Assembly: GCF_006345805.1 (NCBI RefSeq)
Contig: NC_042998.1
Span: 123,442,001-123,506,000, forward strand
Direction: 5' to 3'
DNA: 64,000 nt
Source: Octopus sinensis
Lineage: Eukaryota
Part shown: one piece after another, positions 42,523 to 54,529 of the stretch
Position numbering within the stretch: position 1 is the first letter of the stretch
Layout: every line of letters begins with the position of its first letter
Program-made: the position numbers and the translations under genes
Notes under the pieces: generated by a model
Database searches by the model: none
Seen by the model: the letters and a program-made list of their open reading frames with translations, nothing else
What the model was told of the DNA's origin: nothing

Positions 42523-43019
42523 TCTGGGTCTTTTAGTAGAATGCTCCAAAGGCAAAGGAATATGCTTAAAAAGGTGCAAGGGCATGTCTTAAAACAACAT
42601 ACCAAATAGGAAAAGAAAGGGTTTTAAAATGTTATCGAAACCCTAAAACAGCGTGTAGCGGGCAAAAACATTAAAGATGCAACTCTACACTGATTTTGTG
42701 TGTGTGTGCGCGCGCGTGATAATCTGTGTCACGTAGTGGAAATGAACGTAACTTTCTCTTTCTATATTGTTTGCTAAGTTAGAATATTTCTGATTTGGTC
42801 AGGATTTTCCCTTTTCTTTTTGTATCAAGCAATTGACGAAAGCATCTAAAAAATTTTTAATTCATAGAGCCGTACTAAATCAAAAGTATTAATTTTATTT
42901 TTTCCCTTTACTTTTTACAGCAATATAATTAACTACCCTATCCTATATATACTGTCTCCTTGCATATTAGGTATTTCAGAAATATTTTCACCTTCTAGAC
43001 AAAAACTGTCAAATACATT

Positions 43020-43120
43020 TGTTATCAGCTACCCATGCCATATCTATCATTCCGCATCGGTTGCTTTCTTTTTCAATTAGCACTATGTCTGGTCTCCTAT
43101 TCTCTATCTCATGGTCGCAC
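43020..43120 (-). mobile_element. Short REL-endonuclease fragment of an R4-like LINE next to (TTA)n
   Basis: Minus strand reads DHEIENRRPDIVLIEKK..IDMA. Confidence 0.6.
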
Positions 43121-43166
<46 letters not shown>

Positions 43167-43211
43167 ATTATTATTATTATTATTATTATTATTATCATTA
43201 TTATTATTATT

Positions 43212-43765
43212 GAGTGAGAGAGCAGTGCATGCCATCAAAGTGATATTGGTAAAACATACGAAGCCCAGTATAACCATCATGACTAACCGTCTGATAAGGG
43301 TACACTAGGCACATGCATCACAACCACATGTGCACAGCATGGCGATCTCATATCAAGATAAACAGTACATGACCTTGCAGGTGGAGCCCCGGTAGTATTT
43401 TCTTCTTATTGAGTAACCCATCCCGCTCAAAAGGTCCCTGAATAAGGGTTGTTTAAAGATGTTGAACGAAACACCCATGTTTCCAGAGGTAAATTATTCA
43501 GACCCCAAAGAATCCCTCTTAATACATGGCTATGATGCTCCCCCGCTACTTCTGCTTGTGATCAGAGATGCACATATCGTCAGCCACTAAGGAACATGCT
43601 CAACTAGTGAAAGCCAAACAACTGACAAGGAAATCTGTGGTATTGAGCAGAATATTTGCTGTAGCCGATCTTTTATACCAAGACAAAACAATGTACATGA
43701 TAACACTTCCAATCAGTTAAGATCAGAAGCCACGAGAGGCACTGCCTAGTACTGCATCAGGGCAT
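43212..43765 (-). mobile_element. ~550-bp non-coding interspersed element with (TAA)n tail, copy 1
   Basis: Colinear with 48048-48590, flanked by TTA repeats on both sides, and has no long ORF. Orientation is inferred from the TAA tail. Confidence 0.75.
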
Positions 43766-44749
43766 TTATTATTATTGTTGTTGTTGTTGTTATCATCATC
43801 ATCATCATCATCATAATCATCATCATCATCATCATACTTAGATGTTACTTCAAAATTTCAACTCATTGAAAAAATTTTATATGTATTTCGAAGATTTGTA
43901 TATTCTACTCAGTAGAATTCTTTTACAGAATCATAGATTCAGACTAATCTTTGCAGATAATATAATATTGGACAAACAGCGATCAATGAGGTAGATAATT
44001 ATGAAGCCATTAAAACTATACACACGATTTAAATGACGTTTAAATTAATCCTCAAACTGTGGAATAAGTCCCGCGTATACAATTTGCATACATACAATCA
44101 AATCAAATCAAAAATGATATAAACGAGAACCGCCTGCAGACAATTTATAGTTAAGACGTCTGAAGCCGTATTAGAATCTGTCTGTTAGATGTCACGTAAT
44201 GTCTTTTATGCACGACAGAATAATTTTGGTCTTTTAAGGCATTTCTCAGGAGTAATAGTTAAATCAATTTTCAAATGAAACTGCGAGCCATCAACCTATT
44301 ATACGAAATGCAGAAATCGTGGAAAACGATTGGTAGAATTTGATATTAGTCATGATAACTACAGAAAGCTTGCACAGGTTACAGAATTTAAATTTCCATT
44401 CTTGTCATTTTTGATATAATTATTTATATTTAAGCTGTGTCAACATCAGGAAATCTTTTACTTTAGAAAATTTTTAAAATGTGACTGTTCTATATAACAT
44501 GCGTTTATATCTATTGAACGTTTCGTTCGTTAGGCTCTTGAGAACATCAATCATTCATATGTTAAGAAGGATTATTAAATTATGTTATTTATCTTAATTT
44601 ATTCTAAGGCGAACATATAAAGGTTGAATATCACCACTTTGAATCTTGGTTATCTTTGCTTTTGACCGTTCTGTTACAAGCATTTTAGTCGGGTATTTGG
44701 TTTGAGGTTACCTTCGTTTCCTTTTTGCATACCAGTCTCCGAATCCATG

Positions 44750-45480
44750 TAAAGTGATATGGGTACTACCTTCCTACCTTACTAAATGATAAGAAGAATG
44801 AACTACCTGGAGTAAAATATTTCATAAGATCGCAGTTATATTTCTCCAAAATAATACGAATTGCCCGTGTTTACGAAATAGGAATGAAATTTGAAGACAT
44901 ACATGCAGTTCTTCCAGTAAACATTTGAGTAATTGATAAGACATGTCTTTCAAAGATAAATCGAAGCATACAGCTACTTACACTACAGGGCCTTAAGACT
45001 AACACGGGAATGAATAGGAATATCTAATAATGCAACATATGTTGCTGCAAAAATAATTATTAACTCAGAATATGAAAAATGACTTAAAGCACAACAGATA
45101 GTTGCTCTAAAGCATTGGCTGAAAATAGGCATATATTGAAATACCATTAATAAATAGGAATGGAATCGAAATTACTAACACGAAATATAGCAACATAAAA
45201 TGTATGTAAAGGTTATTTTCAAATAGGAAAATATGGGGACATAACAGGCATAATTTAAATCCTATTCTGACTCATCATATCTAGCCAGGAAAAGGAGTTA
45301 TGGTTCAGGTTTAGTGATTCCCAAATTAATATTGTTATTCTCTTTGGTACGCATCATGGTGAAAAGAAATCCAAATTCTGAAAAGAAGATTCTGGATAGC
45401 TGTTAAGCCATCCTCCGATCGTCTGATGATGGCTTAATAGGTGAAACTTCGAAGTCACTATTTAATGCTATTCTTATCAG
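44750..45480 (+). mobile_element. Probable highly degraded PLE 3' end
   Basis: Weak GIY-YIG C-terminal traces (KALAENRH; INRNGIEI..RLF..HNLN) directly upstream of a hammerhead-like core. Confidence 0.35.
45421..45458 (+). ncRNA. Minimal PLE-type hammerhead-like motif (degenerate)
   Basis: GT-CTGATGA-tggcttaataggt-GAAA-CTTCGAAG-TC-AC. Core intact, palindromic stem III ACTTCGAAGT, GUC triplet. Stem I is only 2 bp and stem II pairs poorly. Confidence 0.5.
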
Positions 45481-46938
45481 ACTATAATATATAAGCGCTC
45501 TCTGGTCAGTAGTATCAGTAAAATATGTGCATGCGTGTATGTATGTATAGTTTTGTATTTCAGCCTTTTTTTTACCTCTCAGGTCAAGTCTCTACTGAAG
45601 CATTGCTTTCAGAAAGTACTGTACTATATCTTCTGAGTTGCCTCTCTGCACGTCCAAAGTTACGAAGTTCTGTGTTTTGTATGAGATATATTTGTTATTA
45701 AATACTTGTCGAAATGGGGCGTGCTATTCTATTGTAGCCTTTGCACATGCCTTATCAAGAAACTAGGATAAAGTGTAAGAATTCATATACTAGGAATCGG
45801 AGATGTGAGTTAACTGTCTTCCATATAGGTAATGTAGGGTTTTCAAGGATTGTCGACGTCACCTGTTCTGTTCTTTGCTAATATTATCGTAGTGCTGTCA
45901 ACATATCTGCTGCTAATTATCCATGTTTTTCTATGTATTACTATTATGAAAAAACAAAACAAAATAAAACAAAACAAAAAGTACATTCTCCTACTGTTTT
46001 ATTGCTACAAGCTTTTGAATAGGACTTGGGATTCAGAAATATTGGGAATTTCTATTATCTCCAGAGGTTTAAATACACAAATATTTTGCTATGCTAATAG
46101 TTGTCATTTTGAGATATCATGGTTCACTAATCTTCAATCCAAATTTTCTCAAAATCTTTTGCAATATCACTGAGTGCACATAAAAGTGATACAAATATTA
46201 AATTAGTCAGAACTGAATTTTGTTATTAAAGACGTAGTGCGAAAAAGATTAAGAGATTTGGTTTGATTAAAGAGTCTGGGTTCTTTCTTTGAATTTTTAA
46301 ATGGTAGGATAACCGACAATTTTACAAATGGCTATCATTGTGATTTATAACTCTTGAATTGCGCCAAGCAATACCTCGATAGTTTATTTTAGGTGATTAG
46401 CAACAGCGCCTTTCCAGGCTTTTAGAAGTGTTAAATTTCCATCTGTACTCGGATTTGAGTGTGAAATCGGTTTCTTGGGTTAGTTATCACTGGTGTTTAT
46501 GTCCATATGCGTTAACTCGGAAAACTTTATCTGATATGCTATTTCGGGGGCTTGAAACTTTTGTTTATTTGGCGGAAGAATATACTTCTCTATTGTAGTT
46601 TGAGTAGATGAAAAATCTGGAAAGAACAACTATGACAAAAGAAAAAAAAATGGGAATTATCATTTTGAATGCAAGAGATTAAAGTATGTACAAAAGGTCT
46701 TTTCATTTGGTTTTATCGCTTACTTGCTGGGAAATATTTCGTGAAAATTTTAGCACCGCTTCAAGGGTTTTTAATGCCAAATTCATCATTTCGAAATTTG
46801 TGTATGAGTGACGGATTGAAAAGTCTTTTGCAACATGCAAATGTTACCTCATGATTTATCAACTTTATCGTCGTCATGGTCATTGTTATGAAAAAAACAT
46901 TCTTTTCTAGCCTACGCACAATGTCGAATTGTTATCAT

Positions 46939-47170
46939 GGGGTGGGAGCAGTCGATTAGATCGACCCCAGTACGCAACGAAGCCGAAAGGATAAAAAGCA
47001 ATATCGACCTCAGTGAAATTTGAACTCAAAATGTAAAGAGACGAAATACTGAGATCAACTTTTCTTTCATCTTTCAGGGTCGATAAAATAAGTACCAGTT
47101 GATTACTGGGGTCAGTGTCATCGACTAATCTTCTCCCACAAAATTTCAAACCTTCTGCCTATGGTAGAAA
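46939..47170. mobile_element. Two SINE family B fragments joined head-to-head (inverted repeat)
   Basis: 46939-47050 is a minus-strand piece and 47051-47170 is a plus-strand piece. agtcgattagatcgaccccagtacgcaac pairs with gttgattactggggtcagtgtcatcgact. Confidence 0.72.
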
Positions 47171-47496
47171 TGATTATTAGAACTGCTTGGTGTATCTATA
47201 ATGGATCATGCGTTTCTCTATCCTTTTTCCTGCAAACTGCAGGAAACAAATTCTTGCTGTCAAGGTGTTCGCAAATGCTCTCCGGGAGCATTCCTATAAA
47301 CAGCTTTCACACTAAAGGTAAACAACTGATTGGTCTATAATTACTAGTTGCATTACCCTTGCTTTTATCTTTCATAAGGAGTACTGTTCGCCCTCTATCC
47401 ATACATTCTGGTATTACACCTTCATTCAGACAATCATAAAGTTGTTCCCTCAGTCACCCAAGTAAGCTACTTTTCCCTCAGTCTCCCAAGTAAGGT

Positions 47497-47503
47497 ACAT
47501 ATA

Positions 47504-47579
<76 letters not shown>

Positions 47580-47669
47580 TAGTCTTATTTTTTACGTGCT
47601 TTCACTGCACTACCGAACACAGTTCTATGTGCCTTGAGTATGTGCTGTGGATTGATGCTCTCATTATTA

Positions 47670-47707
<38 letters not shown>

Positions 47708-47720
47708 GTTGTTGTTGTTG

Positions 47721-47813
<93 letters not shown>

Positions 47814-47903
47814 TAGTCTTATTTTTTACGTGCTTTCACTGCACTACCGAACACAGTTCTATGTGCCTTGAGTATGTGCTGTGGATTGATGCTCTCATTA
47901 TTA

Positions 47904-47953
<50 letters not shown>

Positions 47954-47969
47954 GTTGTTGTTGTTGTTG

Positions 47970-48046
<77 letters not shown>
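47497..48046. repeat. (TTA)n/(GTT)n array containing a 234-bp tandem duplication with an identical 86-bp unique core
   Basis: Cores 47577-47662 and 47811-47896 are identical by eye, and each is followed by TTA-GTT-TTA tracts. Confidence 0.9.
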
Positions 48047-48047
<1 letters not shown>

Positions 48048-48049
<2 letters not shown>

Positions 48050-48590
48050 TGAGAGAATAGTGCATGTCATCAAGTAACACTTGGGAAAAATATGCGAAGA
48101 CCAATATACCCATCATGACTACCCGTCTGATAAGGGTACACCAAGCTTCTGCATCACAATCATATGTGCACGACATGGTTATCTCATATCAAGGTAAACA
48201 GCGCATGATTTTGCAGGTGGACCAAGTTAGAATTTTATTGAGGTCGAGTAGCCCATCCATCACAAATGGTCTCTGAAAAAGTGTTGTTTAATGTTGTTGA
48301 ATGAAACAGCCATGTCTCCAGAGGTGAATTATTCAAACTAATTCCTCTGAACACATGAGTATGATGCACCGCCAATAATTCAGCTCGTGATCAGAGATGC
48401 ACATATCGTCGGCCACTAAGGGACATGCCCAACGGGTTAATGTCAAGCTGCTAACAAGTAAATCTGTGGTATTGAGCAGAATATTTGCTGTAGCCCATAT
48501 TTTATAACAAAACAAACAATATACATGATAACACTTCCAATCAGTTAATAGCAGAAGCCATGAGAACCACTGCCTTGTACTGCATTAGGG
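48048..48590 (-). mobile_element. ~550-bp non-coding interspersed element with (TAA)n tail, copy 2
   Basis: Colinear with 43212-43765 from agtgagag.. to ..actgcatcaggg/actgcattaggg. Abuts (TTA)n. Confidence 0.75.
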
Positions 48591-49449
48591 AAAGTGTAGG
48601 CACTTGTTACCATTGCTGATGGTTTTCAGCTTTCTGTTACTATAACAGTTCTTGAATGCCTGTTGTTTGTTAAATCCAATACAGAATTGTAAACATTGGC
48701 ATTATGTATTGGCATATGCCTCTTCAGAACATCAGTGAATATACGACGTTTACTTCATAATTGACAGATATAAATTCTATATATACACACACACACGCAT
48801 ACACACACACGGATGCACACAGACACATACACACACACACGCGCACACACATATTTATATTTATTTCTATTTACATATGTATTCATATTTGTATGTGTGT
48901 GAATGTGCTTGCGCATGTGCGTGTATGGATATATATGCATGCATGCATACATACATATGTCTTGATACTAAATATTTGGACAGCTCTGATGCATTTTGGC
49001 GTGGCACATATCAACGGGAATTGCTTTTACAACGGTTGGCGAAGACAGCTCTCTAGGTTCAGAAGTATAGTGAATTCGAAAATAATCTTACAGGTTTGTA
49101 TGCATACTGCACTACCGTACATCAGTTGAATCCTTATATGCTTTTTGCATTTACAAGACATAACACTTCGTTACGCAGCTACACACATCGTTCTGGTAGA
49201 AAACCAAAATGTTGACTTTCTGACCGCATTTATCGATATTATCTCTTTTAAAATACAGAAAATCTGACATTTCCACTCCCCTTCTTGCGACAAGAATTAC
49301 ACACTGGTAAATCCTTTGCCAACTAAATTCCTATATTCTTATATGTACCCTTTCAGTGTTGGAATGACATCTCAGAAAGTGATCTAAAATCATTACATGT
49401 TTCCAATAGGAAATCATGTCGTTTATATCTTGACTGGTGTAGACTGAAA

Positions 49450-49668
49450 CCCTTATCACCTTCTAGCGACGAGACCAGTGTATTAGTATGGTTTCTGGCT
49501 ATTTCTGCCGCTCTTCTGTACTGGACTCCTCGTCTGCTAGAGATGGCCGTAGCCTCTGTTCACAATGTATACACAATTCAAGTGATGAGGTGTCCAGTAC
49601 TGAACACAGGCAGAAATAGGCAGAAACCAGACTGGTATGATAGTCCTATGGTTAGAAGTTGGTAGGGG
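49450..49668. mobile_element. MITE-like hairpin element (~80-bp imperfect TIRs, CCCT...AGGG ends)
   Basis: ggtttctggctatttctgcc..ctgtactggactcctc (49491-49531) is the inverse of gaggtgtccagtactga..ggcagaaataggcagaaacc (49587-49628). The arms extend to 49450 and 49668. Confidence 0.68.
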
Positions 49669-50283
49669 TTCGTTGCCCTACTCGCATTAGTTGGGATGCA
49701 GCTCTGCATCGTTAACAAACTAGAGAAGATATCTTCTTGGAGTTACAAAATCACAGTGACGTCGGTTCGAACAGAACAGCCATATTGAAGTGGCTACGAA
49801 CATTACTTGCTATGTAGATATACAGCCATCTGTACATACGCAAACACACGCAAAAGCACAGACGCACATAGACACAAATACACACACACTCTCACACAGA
49901 CATGAACATTATTAATTATTTGCTAGATCCAATTGAAGCAAGATATTTTGAAGATAAAAACATTAAGTAAAAGCCGAGAATAGCATATCTGTTTGTCAGC
50001 AATATATATACGCATTCATGCATAAATTAATGTATATACGGACTTGTGTCACTACTTCAAGTAAAGAGATCTCTCAAAGTGAAGAGATCTCTTTGATCGT
50101 CATCGAAATGAGGGCGTCAAAAATTATATTCGAGACGAGTGAATCTTAAATGTTAAATTTTGGATTAAAAGTTTTAGACACATGAAGAAAATATTGTATT
50201 TGATGATGTAATTGATTTGTTCATCAATAAAAATCGCATCTGAAACAGCTGTTGTGAAGCTCAACCCATCTATGTTCTTGGTC

Positions 50284-51105
50284 AGGCGTTGCTGTGTGGT
50301 AAGAAGCTTGCTTCCGAACCGCATAGGTCTTGGTTCAGTCCAACTGCGTGACACCTTGGGATATTGTTCTCTACAGTAACTTCGGGCCCTCAAAGCTTTG
50401 TAAGTGGATTTGGTAGACGGAAATTGAAAGAAGCCCGTCATCTAAACACATACATGCATACATACATACATGATGATTGCTTCATCTTCAGAGATGATAG
50501 CCGTCCCTTCAACACCCCCACACCCCATCATACAGTACAATCCCTCCGTTGATGAGTCTTTATATGACTTTCAAGACCAGATGCTGACTGACGGGGGTTT
50601 AAAATACAAGCGACAAATATTATTCAAGTTTATTCTATATGTTTTGGAATCTGATTCTGAAGGAATGTTTTTCTGAACTAGCATATGTCTTTTAAGACCA
50701 GATATTGTCTTACCAGTTTTTTGACATTTGACACAAGTCGTAAGAGGTGGTTGGTGTTCAAGATAATTACCTATATGAGTATTACGATTTATATGTGACT
50801 TCATATGGTTCACGTATCCTGCTTTTGACAACAAAACACGGTCACATATAATATAATCACATATAATGATTAAGAAACACCCCTCCCACACACGTATATG
50901 TGCCTGTGTTTGTACCACATCACCGCTTAACAACCACTGTTGGTGTGCTTACGTCTCAGTAATCTAGCGATTCGCCAAAGGAAACCGATAATATAAGTAT
51001 TAGGCTTAAGAAATAAGTTCTGGGGTTGAGTTCTTTGACTAAAACCTTTCAAGGCGTAGCTCTAGCTTGGCCGCAATAGAATGACTGAAATGATCAAAAG
51101 AATAA
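50284..51105 (+). mobile_element. SINE family A copy interrupted by a LINE 3' end in its internal microsatellite
   Basis: Head at 50284-50440 and 3' half at ~50890-51105. Confidence 0.85.
50462..50870 (-). mobile_element. LINE 3' end (RTE-like) with three C2H2 zinc-finger motifs and a (TATG)n tail
   Basis: ICDRVLLSKAGYVNHMKSH; CVKCQKTGKTISGLKRHMLV; ICRLYFK..(frameshift)ASGLESHIKTH. Short 3' UTR ending aagcaatcatca-tgtatgtatg. Confidence 0.6.
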
Positions 51106-51561
51106 AATAGTAGATATATAAGTGTGTGTATGTGCTTCTTTTCATATTTTATTCCACTTTATATAAACCTATTAATGTGATGCTGCTGAAGCTGGCTGTA
51201 CTCTTCTCATTTTTTTGTATTTCTTCACGTTTGGTATACATTTGCATTGATATTTATGTGAAGCATCACTTGCTTTAATACATTTCTTTGTATTTATTTT
51301 ATCGGTTATGCATTCATAATTTTACATAAATTATTTCCTGGACAACGGTATATTATATGACGAGTGACAGGAAAAGAGATGAAGAAATTGGGTTTCCACA
51401 AGTAATGTAATTTTTAGCGAGAATCTTCTTTGAAATTTGCTGCGGTAGGGTATTTTTCTCTTTTACTATTTTCGGTGCGTATTGTTAGTAGCAATAAATC
51501 GCAGGCCGTTGATATGATGTAGAAAATCAGGTTCTTATTATATAATCTCTGATATGCTGAA

Positions 51562-51661
51562 GTAGACATTGATTGTAACCCGAATCAACATTATGGAAGC
51601 AATTGAATGAGTTGCCTAGTTGGTGTCTAGAGTAATATCAATGACCTATTATAGTTTAGAG
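51562..51661 (+). pseudogene. Candidate decayed EGF-like exon
   Basis: VDIDCNPNQHYGSN*MSCLVGV*SN ends at g|gtataa. The TGA sits where the Cys of C..G.YG.NC is expected. Confidence 0.3.
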
Positions 51662-53062
51662 GTATAAAGCATGAAAATCTGAACGACATTATGGCTCATG
51701 CAATTTTCTAAAATTTGCATCACTTCTGCCGGTCGTTAACCATCAGAAATAACTATATTGAATTATTTCTATATATCTTTATTCAGCTATTACGTGTATG
51801 TACGTCCTAAGATATTATGATTAGTAACTAATGCCTGACTCGTTAGTATACGGATCTACGGCTTAGAAGGTCAATAGTTCATATAGCATCATATTAGGTT
51901 TTTCTCTTTTGTTTATGGGGATGTCAACATATTTATAGTCCTAACTTGCCAGCACGAATAATAATTCTAAAGTAAAATAACTATCCTGCATAGTAAAGAA
52001 CAGCCACAAGTTGCCTTGTTAATGATATAATACATAACGACCTTTTGCGTTAAACCAATTTAGTTACGTTTTCATTTTGCATGTGATTTTGAACGAGTTG
52101 ATGTTGGTCGAATTCGACAAAATGAAGTAAATTATACGGCAACAGAAAATTGGTGGTGATGTAATATCTGCTTCTAGTGCAAATGTTCCGTGATAAAAGA
52201 TAGGTGTAGACAACTGATCACCAGTGCACAAAGTGACTATAAAGGTATTAAGGATGTAATTACATACTGTGTATCGCAGATGATACGATAATTTTCTTTA
52301 TTGTGAAATATATAAAATGTAGATCTCACACAACACACACTCATACAAATATATGTGTGTATGTGTGTGTGCGTGTATACAAATACACACATACACATAC
52401 AAATACCCACTGATATTAAAGTATAGAGTAAAGACATGTAGTGGCAGCATTATTTACATCTGGTGAGACTGCGTGTATCAGAAGAGACGGATCACTGGCG
52501 TGAGGAATGTCCAAATTGTTCGAAATATTCTGCAGTAATACGTGAAGTGCCCTGGTTCTGAAAAAACTCAGTAATCTTCTGCGGGTAGAAGAGTTTGAAG
52601 GCGAAGTAAAAGCTAACAGGGGTACTACATGTTTTACGGCGTTATCGGTCCCTAAACTTCAAGGCTGAATCTGCCTACTTGGCAAAATGTGGCACGTTGA
52701 TGTGAGCCAGTATCGGTTGGGAAGTTAATAGAAAACGATATAAAAGGAGTTGTTTCAAACATATTTGCTAATATAGTTCAACCATGAACGTGTTCCGTGC
52801 ATCGTTGCTGTTATGGAAGTCACTTTCTTACGGGTTTTTACCCACGAATAGATTACATCGGTATTTCGAAATACTCACCGACAGATTTATGAATTAGCTA
52901 CATCTTCCGATGCGGGAATATTCTCTTTTTGATTGTTTGTTTTAAATATTTCGTTTATGCTTTAATCATTGTTTTGTTAAGTTGACGAGCAGTAGGTCTT
53001 TTTCTTCATTTTTGGTGAAAAGTTTCCTTTGCTTCAAATGTTTACCTTTAATATGATGTTTG

Positions 53063-53140
<78 letters not shown>

Positions 53141-53395
53141 GTGTGTGTGTTGTGTGTGCGTGTGTGTGTGTTTGTGTGTGTGTGCGTGTATATGTTTTTG
53201 TCTGTTTTTGTCCCCAACACCGCTTGGCAACCGATGCTTGTGTTTACGTCCCAGTAACGTAGCGGTTCGACAAAAGAAACCGATGAAATAAGTACTAGGT
53301 TTACAAAGAATAAGTCCTGGGGTCTATTTGCTCGAGTAATATCGGTGCTTCAGCATGGCCGCAGCCAAATGACTGAAACAATTAAAAGAATAGAA
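53063..53395 (+). mobile_element. SINE family A 3' half with upstream (TA)/(TG) tract; head absent
   Basis: cgcttggcaaccgatgc..acttagcggttcg-like..aataagtactagg..cagcatggccgcag..gactgaaaca. Confidence 0.82.
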
Positions 53396-54148
53396 AAAAA
53401 TGAAAGAACCCGGTTATATACACCCATTTTAATTTTTGTTGTAATATTTCACTATTCAGCTTTGATCATATACTTGGCTCCTCCATATGGCCGCATTTTT
53501 ACGATTCAATTTTTGCTATTTTCGTGTCCGTATTCATTGACGATTTTATACTTGTTCTTTGTTTTGTTTTTAACCGTAGTTTAAAGTTTGTAACAGCACT
53601 GGGTTCTCCATCCTCAATTATATTACTTATTCTTAATCTCCAGCAATATATATGTTACTTCATGTAATTTTATTTCTTTTATATTAATGCAATTATACCT
53701 CAAAAAATTGTTGGACCCTCTAGTAAACGCAGTATATATTGAATACGAGAGAATACTAATGTGAGTAAATACAGTGTAATTGTTTCAAATTTCCGGTTTT
53801 CCAATTCGGTATAAATGTTGTCATTGCTAATTAAGATAGAGTACTGTTTTTCATTAGTACAGGAAGAAGTACGTCACATCTGGATTGAGCGACTTCTTAG
53901 AATAATGACATATTATTAAACTATTGTTTAGCTTCCTCAGTTTTAGAATACATAGTATATTAATTCTGTTTGATAAACGAGCTGATTAGAGTAGAAAAGT
54001 AAAAACACTTTCACATGTCACTGACCTACACTTGGATACCTTTCCATCCTCTACGAAACATATGGAAGTACCGCAGCGATTTATGATTGGTGTAACCTAA
54101 ATAGATTGCTGCAAGTGAATCATCTTGTACAACTTAACGTTTCTGTAG

Positions 54149-54240
54149 CTCTACGTATGGTTCTACTTGTTGGTTTCCACTATAGTATCCAGTATAATAA
54201 TTGCAAATCAATATGTGCTAGGCTAATTCTATCTTCAGAT
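54149..54240 (+). pseudogene. Candidate decayed EGF-like exon
   Basis: After ttctgtag| the sequence reads STYGSTCWFP, then shifts frame to HYSIQYNNCKSICARL. Confidence 0.25.
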
Positions 54241-54309
54241 AACAAAGCAATAAACTTGGTTATCATGAGGAATAAATCTCGAACGTTCTTCAGTTTGACC
54301 ACTCTTTTG

Positions 54310-54527
54310 TAAGGCAGTGTGTAGTCAGAATCGTTACCGCACCGGAGAAAATATTTCGTGCCATTCCGACTTTATATAGTGACTTCAAATGCCGTCGAAG
54401 CCGACCTTGCCCTTTTTCCTCTGGAGGTCGATAAAGTAATGAAAAGTTGTGCACTGGAGTCAATGTAAACGACTTAAGCATGCCCCGAAATTGCTGATCC
54501 TGTGCCAAAATTTCAAACCAATATTAC
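54310..54527 (+). mobile_element. tRNA-derived SINE family B, near full length, diverged
   Basis: aaggcag..cagaatcgtta head, ttcaaat B-box-like motif, ggtcgataaa..ctggagtcaatgtaaacgact core, and cctgtgccaaaatttcaaaccaatatta tail. Confidence 0.7.
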
Positions 54528-54529
54528 CA

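Noticed and set aside
43340-43440. HDV-like ribozyme in the 550-bp element (GACCTT/AAGGTC pairing, TCCACCT loop on the minus strand)
   Set aside because: P3 is incomplete, the P1.1 GG is missing, and no P2 partner is found.
52530-52900. Additional mariner remnant
   Set aside because: Only vague TIR-like and C-terminal resemblance; no translatable motif could be shown.
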